A stretch of DNA of 63,529 nucleotides, the filler included, from Choristocarpus tenellus KU-1152 (lineage: Eukaryota > Protista > Phaeophyceae): the NCBI GenBank assembly GCA_964200185.2. It is 10 parts of 10 records of this genome, joined end to end, with 100 filler letters (N's around TTAATTAATTAA, not from the genome) between each part and the next. Parts side by side here need not be neighbours in the genome. Positions count along the whole stretch, not along the records: positions 38,591 to 52,697 come from CAXNAD020001277.1; positions 52,798 to 56,171 come from CAXNAD020020460.1; positions 56,272 to 63,529 come from CAXNAD020006445.1; 7 more parts are not named here. One strand, 5' to 3'. Position 1 is the first letter of the stretch. Each line of letters starts with the position of its first letter. Below the pieces are notes generated by a model. It saw nothing but the letters and a program-made list of their open reading frames with translations. It ran no database searches and had not been told where the DNA came from. A program made the translations under genes and the position numbers. Shown in pieces: positions 48,201-59,761 of this stretch.

Positions 48201-51200
48201 TTGGTGGGTTAGGTACAATAAGGGTGGGAGCTGCAGATCTCCAAGTAGGGGGTGTTGGTGGTGATCCAGGAGGTAGTTTGAATTCAGAGGCTGTTGGAAA
48301 GAGAAGAAAACATGTTGTCTTTGTTTAGAAAAGGACAGCTATTTTTCTGACTCCCTGCTGGTGACTGCATTTTCATCACTCAAATTTTACTGCAAAGGCT
48401 TCTTGACTACTATTATCACTACCAGGTAAGATTCATCCTTCAACTTAGCATCATTGGTTTGATATTTTTTTCGTGGGATGTGCCTGTCATTGGCCAAAGC
48501 TGATAAGAGTGTACAGTATGAAACCATATTCTGAGACATAGTACATCAGAGTTCATGGGGAGTACAGGTGCAGAAGGGACTGGCAAAATGTCCCATTCTA
48601 GATGCCTGCTGAAGATACTGAATACTAGTGAAAGTATCTTGGAAGGTAAGAGTTTTGAGTCAAAGTATCTTAGAGGGTAGAGTCGGGTCCATTTGGGGGT
48701 AAAAATCCAAGGTCGCGATTTTGATATAATTTTGGCTATCATGTTAGTTAGCAAGTGTAAATATCCATCTTCTGGACACACCTTTTCATATCATATACAT
48801 TTTGGCTACTCCTATACATTGTGGAGTAGGAAAATGTCATAAAAAGCTCCATGGGAAGCCAAGCCCCAAATGGACAAGCAGGGCAAAACTCGTACCCTCT
48901 AAGATACTTTCACTCTTTGCCCTTTTTGTCTGTTTGGGGGTTGGCTCCCCACCGTTTTTTTATGATATTTCACCTACTCCTAAGTGTTTCGGAGTAGGTA
49001 AAATGCATACTTGATGAACAGATGTGTCCGAATAAGGATATTGACACTTCCTAACAAACATGACGGCCAAAATTACATCAAAATCACAACATTGGATTTT
49101 GACCCCCAAACGGACGCTGCTCTACCCTCTAAGATACTTCCACTCATACAGATGGGTACACATACTTCAACATAGCTCACACACAACCACACACATATAT
49201 AGACACACACACAGGTCAGCGCAAACATACACTTGGACAGGCCCAAAGCATTTAAGAGGGTAGAGTTTTGCCCTGTTTGTCCATTCAGGGTTTGGCTTCC
49301 CACAGTTTTCTGTGTGATCACAGAAAAATTTCGGAGTACGTCAAATGCATACAACTATGAAAGGTGTGTCTAGAGCAAGGATATTGACACTTGCTAACAA
49401 AAACGATAGCCAAAATTCGTCAAAATCACAACATTGGATGTATGACCCCGAACGAATGAGGTTCTACCCTCTTGATTGCTTAGGGTCACAGCACACACAA
49501 ACCTGTGATAGCAGAGTGGCTTGTTGTCCCAGAGTGGTAGTGGACAAGTCTAATGCAGTCAAGGCTTCAGAGAGTCCGCCAAGAGATACCCTCCTGATAC
49601 CTTTGGCCGCAGCAAGCTCTTCCTCGCTGTACTGGCAGTAATCCCCTTCATAGCCTGCTGCACACTCACAAACTGCGCGGCAGGTCGACAAGGGGTCTTC
49701 TGCTGTGCAGGCGTTTGATTCAAGGAGTCTGCTGTTGGGGTCAATGTATGTACATGATCCCTGGGCTTCACCACCGCAGGAGTTGGGGCATGCCTTTGAT
49801 GGTACTGGGTCACAGGTGCCATTACCACTCTCGGATAAGGAAGGCAACACGGAGGACACACAGCTACCGTACAGGCAATCAGTCCCAACTGAGCAAGATG
49901 AGCCAGAGGGGCAGGGAGGGCAAGAATATCCGCCACAATCAATGTCTGTCTCACCCTCATCCTATATAGAATCCAATGCAAGGCATAAGGGGTGGAAATG
50001 AGAATGGGAGAGTAGAAGGAGGGGAGGGGAGGTAGCTCATAAGCGACATGGAAAAGAAAGTGTCCATCATCAGAATTAGAGAGGTAGTGTTTGGAAGATC
50101 TTGGGTTCCATTCAGCTGAGGTGTCTAAGGCCTAGGCAAAAAGCTCCCCTCTTTGAGTTGTTTCATGGGGAACAGGTACAAGAATGATTGCCTTATCGAC
50201 AATGATGCAATAGTGATGGATTGTGAAATACTGCTGAATTACTGCATAAAATGTGCGTTACCACAGCGCTTTTTGTGACCGGATAAGATATTTCCCAATG
50301 AACGGGAACATTTACCTGCAACCACCATTTTCACACACCCGAGCTTTGAATAATCTCATCAATTCTGAAGGGCCACGGAGCTAGAAATGAAGGACATGAC
50401 CGTTTTCCACAGTGTTCAGCTTATTCAGTACTACACTACTACCATCCACTCAAGCACACCATACGACCAATTGTCAGTGAGCTGTGTCAAGCTAGGAAAA
50501 AACTATGCCATATTAAAAAGAAACCGACATGGATGATCAAACATTTAAGATTTAAAGGTATGCACTCACCACTACACCGTTGCTGCAGCTCTCCACCAGA
50601 TCAGACTCAGCAGTGCACAACGTATTTCCTTGACCTGAAACGCCAACGAAATTCACAAGGCACTCCCCACAGGTGTTGGTTTGGCGTTGACCATTTCTGC
50701 CGCATTCATAGCGACCTAGGGCCGTGCAGTCTGGTGCTTCAGAGCAATTTGCAGAATTTAATGCAGAATTTGCAATACCCACAACCTGGTAGTGAGATGT
50801 GGGGCTTGGTAACCTATATGCTATTCACAATATTATCTTGCGCTATCCAAGCAAGTTGATGAGTTCAGCCTATCTTGGAGGACTTAAAAGGTAGTGAGTA
50901 GTAGTGTATGAGTTGTATGCACAGTACAGCAGCAGAAGAACGACTGAGAAGACAAAAAAAATACTGATAGGTGCTTAAAAAAACATTGAAACAACTGCAC
51001 TTGAAAGTCGCATTGGCTTCTCATCTCACCATATATCACCTAACTCAATCTCATTTATCAGGAGCAACCTTATATACTCTTTCTACTGATGGAGTGTGTG
51101 ACACTTTCTGGGACCATGTTGCCTCCTGGGGCAATGTATGATGACTGCCCGAAAGCTACGTCACTAGCATCCATCGCCTGACTTTTCTTCTTGAACACGA

Positions 51201-52390
51201 CTACTGCATCCCAAGCATATATGTATACATTCTATCCTGCACATGGTGCAAGCCATTAGCATTCCCACCACCCTCACAACCATGCACCTGTTGGGCCGTT
51301 GGACCCATACACAAGAAGGTTACCTGTGCAAGCATGTCCATGTTGCCTGCTTCCAAGGCCTCTGAAATAAGGTTGGTCGTCAAGTTTAACAAGCTTCCCA
51401 CTCCATCTGAGTAGGGAGAGACAGTTAAAACTTCAATTGCTCGGGTCGCAGCTCCAAGTGTGTCTGAAACATATGCCGAGGTCACAAGTTTGTTGGAAGA
51501 CCCATAGCCCTATCCAAAGAGTAGATGGAGGTGCACGAAACAGTAGTGAACATTAAGTTAGATCTGTCTTTAAAAAATCATCCCACCCCAACACAATGGT
51601 TTCAGGGGTTCTCATCCAAGTCTGAAAACAAATTTGAATCTTACCCCCCTTCTGACAGTCTGGGAATGCCACTAGTTTATGCACTGGCTCATTCTCGAGA
51701 TTGAGGCAATTCCAATCGTGTTCTGTGTGTTCTTCAAGACCTGAAGAAGCGCAAATAAAATTCCATACTCAACATTGACTCATAAATCAAGTATGAAGTC
51801 TACCCAGAGTTGCAATCTGAGGCCCCAACAGAATAGCATCCAACAATATTGCTTACTTCCTAGATGGCAAGAGCTCTCTGATCCAAAGCAATTAACTGTT
51901 GATTAGGGTTGCCTTTCAGTATCAACCCTTTGTTGATACTTCTCAAGTATATGCCAATACCACCTACAAATACCGAAGGGGGCTACTGTTCGAGGCCATT
52001 TTTATGTGATCATTGATTATCAACAAGAGCAGAGTCTTGAACATTGATGGCATCTTGTGCATAGGGTGAAAATCCATATTGCGTATACTTCATGTACTCC
52101 AAAGTACCCCACAATACAGTGTGTAGGTTTCATTTCATCTCTATTCTTTCCTGTGGAAGATAAGTATCTGAAGCCTCTCCGATGACTCGTTCAGCTCTGA
52201 TGACAACCTCTCCATCAGTGTCAGACGCATTGGCACTGCCACTCACGTATGCAAAGAGGTATCTTAGTGGAAGATCCTCTACGTCATCTACCCATTCAAA
52301 TGCCTTCATCAGGAATTTGTCACCTACACTCCCTATGGAAGAAACAAGAGATGGGGACCAGGGTCTGTCCATTTCAATGGGAACTGTCTG
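38943..52390 (-). CDS. REJ + Cys-rich/EGF-like + GPS-like + multi-TM receptor (polycystin-1/PKDREJ-like architecture), internal part; exons ~52335-52151, 51509-51324, 50785-50570, 49961-49503, 48152-48009, 47446-47261, 43352-43200, 42786-42685, 42337-42257, 41956-41780, 41610-41411, 41068-40882, 40450-40109, then less certain exons to ~38943
   Basis: REJ motifs (FLMKAFEWVDDVEDLPLRYLFAY...YLPQ|GYG...AYVSDTLGAA), CSEAPDCTALGRYEC..NTCGEC, EGF-like CECAAGYEGDYCQY, GPS-like PKCVDWEG...FSSKGCQVLSYNESSTTCLC, then a TM helix and HHYFSVFFLF..SFTRPRR. Exon phases are mutually compatible. Confidence 0.85.
48626..49145. mobile_element. Nested MITE family A pair: inner copy 48657-48915 inserted in opposite orientation into the outer copy
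   Basis: The outer sequence gagtttt^gccc is split by the inner element with TTT duplicated; the outer copy is flanked by ATAC/ATAC. Confidence 0.9.
49240..49487 (-). mobile_element. Diverged MITE family A copy
   Basis: aagagggtagagttttgccctgtttgtccat...gcaaggatattgacactt...ctaccctctt. Confidence 0.75.
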
Positions 52391-52797
52391 AATTGTAGTA
52401 GGACAGTGCTGAGAAGAGACAATGGTATCACCCTAAATGCCTGCTGAAACTCTCTTGGACCTGCAAGCTTCCTGTCTGTGATTGCATGAGATTATGGTCG
52501 CTTAGTGAGTATGTGTATGTGTTGAAAGTGCTGCAGAAAGTAGTCTCTTGAGTCAAGAATACGTAGGTCGGACGCATCTTCTTATGAGCTCAGAAGGAGA
52601 CGTGATTGATCACTTCTAATTTCCCTGCCCCCCTCTCCCAGTCAAAATTGAACTTCCTACTGGGAGTGCATTTGAAGGCCTCCCACCCCGTTACCTCNNN
52701 NNNNNNNNNNNNNNNNNNNNNNNNNNNNNNNNNNNNNNNNNTTAATTAATTAANNNNNNNNNNNNNNNNNNNNNNNNNNNNNNNNNNNNNNNNNNNN

Positions 52798-53035
52798 GTA
52801 CGAGTTTTTCGCTGTTTGTCCATTTGGGGCTTGGCTTCCCATGGGTTTGTTTATGACATTTTCCGACTCCAAAATGTTTAGGAGTAGGTAAAATGTTTAC
52901 GTTATGAAAAAGTTGGCCGGAACAAGGATATTGACACTTCCTAACAAACATGATAGCCATAATCACATCAAAATCGCAGCATTGGATGTTGGCCCCCAAA
53001 TGGACATGGCCTTACCCTCTAAGATACTTTGGCTC
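52798..53035 (-). mobile_element. MITE family A, truncated by the contig start
   Basis: Ends taccctctaagatactttggctc. Confidence 0.9.
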
Positions 53036-53922
53036 TCAGTCATTCAGGAAACAAACCGTCATGTTCTGAAAAAGGTGTACTGTACTGGATTTACTGATCT
53101 GTTANNNNNNNNNGTGAAAGAGTTCAGTCCGGTGATTGTGATTGCCCCCTTGAGCAAAAAAGAACTTGGCACCATTGACACTTTCACAATATTAATATAT
53201 ATGTATATGATATATATATATATATTAGAGGTATATACATATATAACTCTTTACGCGCTAATCCTTCATTGGAGCGAAAGGGTCAAAAATTTGAGTTGAC
53301 ATCTTCTTCTGCATAGATTCGCGGTTCTTTACTCTTACATTGGAACAAAAACGTATATTCACACTTCGCCTAAGTGTTTATATTATATTGCACAAAGAAA
53401 AACTTTTGCCAAGTTACATATGCGAGAGAGACCCCACACTCCCTCACTCTCTCCACAACGAAGCAACGGGTCTGGACAATTATTGAGGAATTCGTCGTTG
53501 CGGTTGTCCAAGGGGACCACACATCCCTCACACCGCAGATGTACGATGACAACCCGCCAGCCACTTACGGGATCTCTCTAAGAACGGGACTGAATTCGTA
53601 GACTTCGAAGGGGTAGACACCAGGACATCCCAAAGGCAAGACTACATCTGGTCACAGCGATACACTCAAATGTGGCCTGTGCGTTCTTTAATTGCCTCAA
53701 TGGGGAATTAGCGCTTGAAGAATAGGCTTAACGTACCATATGGTCACCATACCCCTACTCAAATTACAGAATTGCATCGAATCTGAGAGACATGGTATTC
53801 ACTACTTGGGCCATAGTTCCGAGCCGGTGACGCACACCTCCTCCCATAAAGAGCAGAACGAAACCTATCGACGAAGCTCTTGTGCTCCGATATCCGCGTT
53901 CCGATATATATCCGAACCAAAC

Positions 53923-54179
53923 GAGCCAAAGTATCTTAGAGGGTAGGGCAGCGTCCATTTGGGGGCCAAAATCCAATGCTGCAATTTCGATGTATTTTCG
54001 GCTATTGTGTTTGTTAGGAAGTGTCAATACCCTTGTTCCGAACACACCTTTTCATAACGTATACATCTTACCTAATCTGAAACATTTCGGAGTAGGAAAA
54101 TGTCATAAAAAAACATGGGAAGCCAAGCCCCAGATGGACAAAAAGGGCAAAACTCGTACCCTCTAAGATACTTTCACTC
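53923..54179 (+). mobile_element. MITE family A, full length, TSD AAAC
   Basis: aaac|gagccaaagtatcttagagggta...taccctctaagatactttcactc|aaac. Confidence 0.92.
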
Positions 54180-55103
54180 AAACGATGTTCCTTACGGTTT
54201 CCGTTTCCGATCCCAACCATAGCACCTGTCCCGACCCTAACCCTATGCTTTTACACTGACACTCTCTCTCACCCTTACATGTTGATGAAATAATACCGAT
54301 TCATGTTTCCCCCTTCCTTCATCTGCTGACCTCATGTCACATTTTGTCATACTCTACCGTTGGTCAAAGCACAGCAAATATTGCGGCTGTACACACACAA
54401 ACCTACTTCAAGTCACACAAATCGTGTCATTCTCGCCGAACGTTGTTCCGCAACAGAGTGTGGCGAAAGTTGCTGCGGTCGACATACCAACTTTTTCTAG
54501 CCACACCCCCCCAAACCATTGTCCTCGACTCACCACAAAACTCAATCGCTATCTCGTGCCCCCATAGACCGAGGGGCGCATACGATGGTATGCGCATACG
54601 GGGCTATGTGTTGACCTACATCACATATAACATTCAATATTGATTCAACAAAATCCATAGTGCACATTAGTTTACCGTTTGTCAGAACATGTCAATTGTG
54701 TAACATACGCGAGAACACGATGTCAGGGGCGACACCCACCATGCATATGTCAACTGTTTTCCAACAGAAATTCGTACCAAAACACACTTCGTACCATTGG
54801 ACAAACTACCCCCAGTCACCTTTTCCTACACATGCTTCATTCTTTTTTTGGTAACCTTTTGTATGTGGCTCGCGATTGACCGCATATATGCGACGCACAT
54901 ATTTTCAAGAGAGTATATTCAAGGCAGTTTCAGTTGTTGATGCGTCAAACACACCCTTCTCTATGCTTTCAAAGTGGGGTGTCATTCACCACGGCCCTTT
55001 TCCGTTTAGCACCTAGAGTGACAAAACATTGTGCGCGAGCACCTTTCCCCGAAGAAAGATGCAATATTACTGAGGTTTTTCGCATGATGAGGATCGATCA
55101 CTA

Positions 55104-56171
55104 GTGTCAAAAGAAACAAACCCACCCAACTTACATCGTGACCTCCTTTCAATCCCACTCAGGAGACGGGGACTAAAGAGACTACCCAAGACTAGTGCCG
55201 CCCGTTCGTGGAAGAAATCCAAAACGGACAAGATAATGGACCTCTTCCTCTCCATGTTTGTCAACCACAATGGATCAGAAGAGATGGAAGAAAGCGGCCC
55301 CACTTGGAAAAACCTTGCCTCTTGGTTGTTGGATGAGAAGAGCAGATTTGCACCGTTGGCAAGTGCACTGCGACTTGCGTTGGTTCGGGAACAACGCGAG
55401 TCAACGCCTGATCTCCAGGTTTATACATTCCTCCAAGGCATAAAGAATGATCTTAGCACCGACCACACGCGCCAGGTGTACAAGTCCGTCCTTGTCAGCA
55501 TCGCTCCCGATGTCGTAAAAGGCGACAACGGGGTGACATCAACGTTTCAACCACTTCTGTCTGTCACCGCAAAGAAGTACAACATCAGCATTGACATACT
55601 AAGATCGTCCGCGGAAAAACGCACGGAATTCTTGCGAGACATGCGGCAACAGGCGAGGTCATCCGAATCGGCCGCAGATGACGTTGGGGGCTTCTCTCCC
55701 AGCTCAAACATAAACGTCCCTCACGACTACACTCCAGGCACCGCACACAGGTATGGAAGTTCGTGTTCTCGTGCAACCACCGACAGTGTGACACAAAAAC
55801 CTTCCCCCCCCCCGGGCGAACACATTCACTGTGTATATAGATAACAGTTTCATCACTAACAGGGATGCCCGGATGATTCCTCATACTATGATGCACAACC
55901 GACACACCCGCCCCATATCTCCCATCGTTCCTCGCACAAAATGGCAGACCAAGGGTGTTCGACATGAGAAGGGATAACTCCTCACGACAGTTCCATGTCT
56001 TGCATCCTGATACACATGTTCTGGGTATCACCGTGTGGGAGAGTAACAGCACCGCCATGCCCCACGATCCGGTCACATCTCATGATGCCGCCCAGGGAAT
56101 GCACTACTTAGACCCACATACGAACAAGAGAGTTTGCCATCCTGATGCGCTGTGCCAACAGCACGCTCAGA
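55104..56171 (+). other. Long intron-poor coding-like region, possibly the N-terminal part of a Sola2-like transposase (tentative, interrupted)
   Basis: A 246-aa ORF is followed by PRVFDMRRDNSS...GITVWESNSTAMPHDPV...CQQHAQ, reminiscent of the '(F/W)xxxxSRxMPgxkDxV...xQxR' segment preceding the Sola2 DDE core. Cut by the contig end before any catalytic motif. Confidence 0.3.
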
Positions 56172-56482
56172 NNNNNNNNNNNNNNNNNNNNNNNNNNNNN
56201 NNNNNNNNNNNNNNNTTAATTAATTAANNNNNNNNNNNNNNNNNNNNNNNNNNNNNNNNNNNNNNNNNNNNCCCCCCAAAAAAAAAGAAAAAAGAAAAAA
56301 GGTGTAAAATGACCCTTCCAAACACGTAAACCCTTAACCCTTTTTTTTTCTAGTATCGTGGTATGTTTATATTTTTTAATACATGTTTTTCTTTTCATGT
56401 AATTTTTCTTTTTTCGTTCAGTTTTGATGGTAGATTTGTGTACATATATTTAATATATTTAATGTGTATGTACATATATTTA

Positions 56483-56515
<33 letters not shown>

Positions 56516-56892
56516 CCTTCAACCACCCACACACATATCTCGAGTCAAGTTCTGACAATGTCATACACTAACGCATGTTGATATTTGTGTTGATATTTGT
56601 GTTGATATTTGTGTTATAGTAGTAATATGCTTAAGGTAATTATGTCTTTTGAGCTAGCTATAACGATATCACCAAATAGTAAACTTGTGAAATTAAACTT
56701 ACCAGGAAAGATATAAGAAAGTATTAGTGCCAACGAGATCATAACACTAGATGTAAGACCGATAGCAGCGTTGTTTCCTGATTTGTTTTCTTAATTTAAA
56801 GACAACAAATGCAAATATTGCTGTATTAATTACCCCTGCGTAAAATACAGGAATGCCAATTAGTACTCTTTGTGTGCTACCAGCTTTGATTC

Positions 56893-57001
56893 ACTCTCTA
56901 TTCAACAACTCTATTCAACAACTCTATTCAACAACTCTATTCAACAACTCTATTCAAGAACTCTATTCAAGAACTCTATTCAACCAATCTCTATTCAAGA
57001 A
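56893..57001. repeat. Short tandem repeat (ctctattcaa[c/g]aa)n
   Basis: Directly visible. Confidence 0.9.
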
Positions 57002-57069
57002 TTAAAACGTAGATTCCTTCCAGCCAATCACAAATACACACATCTCAAGCCTAGTTTTATCGTACATAC

Positions 57070-57101
<32 letters not shown>

Positions 57102-57158
57102 CCTCATGTAATATGTATATATATATATACACATACATACCTTTTTTTCTGTCTTCAG

Positions 57159-59730
57159 ATCATGGCGGTGGGCTTTGCTAGTATACAAGGAGGCGCTAGG
57201 AAGAGGGATCGTGGGGAAACCTACTCTGTGTGCGGCAATTGTGGCCTTGTTGGCATGCTCTTCGCCTGGCAGTGCCCATGGCAATGCTAGGTATGCCTAA
57301 AGCACCCCATGTCTCCTCATTCCAAGGTTGGAGTCGAGGGACTGAGGAGATGGGTGGGATGGGTGGGATGGGTGGGATGGGTGGGATGGGTTATTCAAAT
57401 CGGGTCAATCCACTGTATATATGTAACTGTTTGTATGTACATAATATTTATGTTTTTTTTTTACTTATTCCGAAGAGGTAATGCCGTTGATTGGATGTTG
57501 CCTGTGCCTATATTCTAGTAGATACATTTTACGACCTGTGTCCAGAAAACGAAATAAAATAAAAATTTAGAAAGCTGTTACAGCCCTTGTCTTGTGTCCA
57601 TGCCGTTGGTTCACAAGACATTAGAATCATAATTAAAAAAAAAGGTAATAAAAAGCGATATAAACCTTTTTTTTCAACACCTCGCCGCCAGCTGCATTTT
57701 TTTTTTTTTTTTTTTCTTGTTTGTTTATTTTCTTTTCTGTCGCTTTCATGTTTTCATCCATTGCCGCAAACATAAGTTGAAATATCTCCTTCCTCAAACA
57801 AAGGTCGATAATCATCCATAGTATTGTACTCCCATTAGGGTTAGGGTTGGGGGTGGGGTTGGGGTCAATTAATGTTGGTGCTCTGGGCTCCTTCCTTCGC
57901 CTTCCAATTCTCTACCAATCAAGCACAGTACCGTCCCCGATGAACTTGTTACCACTTCTATGCCAATACTAGGAAAAAGATCGTGGCCTTAACCCTAGCC
58001 TTGATATTTTAATTTTTTTTTTTGGGGGGGGATGACTTATGTCTGGCATCCTAACCCTACTTCTAAGCCAAATACCTCTTTTTTTAAATATGCATCTGCA
58101 GTGTTTGCAAAGTATGTGTGTGTATGTATCTATGTATGTGTGTATGTATGTGTGTATGATTGTATATTTTGTGTATATTTTATGTATGTATGTGTATGTA
58201 TGTGTGTGCATGTGTACTTCCTCTGTCCCATAAGTCTGTTCCTTTATGCGTTTACCTCTCTGGGGTGACTTCCGATTTCAAAAACGTATTTTTGCGTTGG
58301 ATTCCTCAGAAATGTTTATGTAAGATGAGTTGTATTTGAAAAAAATATATAGAAAGGTTTGGACCGTGTTTAAACATACTTTAAACATACTTTAAACATA
58401 CTTTAAACACACTTTAAACACACTTCAAACATACTTTAAACATACTTTAAACACACTTTAAACACACTTCAAACATATTTTAAACATACTTTAAACACAT
58501 TTGAAACATACTTTAAACATACTTTAAACACACTTTAAACACACTTCAAACATATTTTTTGAACATACTTTAAACATACTTTAAACACACTTTAAACACA
58601 CTTTAAACATACTTTAAACACACTTTAAACACACTTCAAACGTATTTTAAACATACTTAAACATACTTTAAACATACTTTAAACACACTTTAAACATACT
58701 TTAAACACACTTTAAACACACTTCAAACATATTTTAAACATACTTTAAACATACTTTAAACACACTTCAAACATACTTTAAACATACTTTAAACACACTT
58801 CAAACATACTTTAAACATACTTCAAACACAGTTCAATCACAGGCTACTCATCTTTTGTGTTGTTGATATTGTACTTCCTCTGTCCCATAACCCTAACCCT
58901 TTATACATGTAACTCTTCAGGATGACCTCCGATTTAAAAAACGGATTTTTGCATTGGATTCCTTGACAGTTTTTTTTTTTCATTAGGTAACCTTTTCTCG
59001 CCTCGAGTCAATTAATAATAAAATATAATTAATAGTCAACGCCGTCAGTACACCAATTGGGACCTAACGCCTTCTTGAGGACCTACACCTGCCTAACCTC
59101 TATTCCATATCTTCAGAACAATATTGGGATAATATTGTTATTATTAATATAATTATTTTTGAGTACAACTCAATCCTATGTAAATTATTATTATTAAATA
59201 TTTTTGAGGAATCCAACGCAAAAAAATCCGTTTTTTTTTTTTTTTAAATTCGGAGGTCATCCCTAAGGGTTACATGCGTAAAGGGTTAGGGTTAGGGTTA
59301 TGGGACAGAGGGAGAACTTATGTATGTGTTTTTGTGTGTATGTAGTAGTACTCAGAGTCATAGCTTGCTCTCTACAACACCAACACTGCCTACACATAAG
59401 GGTTAGGGAAGGTCTAACGTTAGGGTCAAGGGATGTTGCTACATCCAAACTGTTCTTTCTTGCACCTCTGTGCAAAATCCTTAAAGGATGACTTACAGTA
59501 CATGTGGAGGTGTTCCATGATGACAGTTTTGAAACCTCCCCGCCTCTTGGGCTGATCGCACAAATCACGTGGGATGATCACTAGGGTCTCATCATGTGGG
59601 ATGATCACTAGGGTCTCATCATGTGGGATGATTGCTGCCCTTTCCTTGTTGAAATTCAAATTCAAATTCAAACTTTATAACGCCAATGAACATATTTCTT
59701 TTTCCACTGCCCCTTTTTGCTTAGAAACAC

Positions 59731-59761
<31 letters not shown>

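Noticed and set aside
57349-57391. MGGMGGMGG repeat resembling a chaperonin/Hsp70 tail
   Set aside because: It lies just after a GT donor inside an intron and is a 9-bp microsatellite.
58369-58830. CRISPR-like appearance of regular short repeats (also 9226-9486 and 16680-17060)
   Set aside because: No unique spacers; head-to-tail tandem units in a eukaryotic genome.
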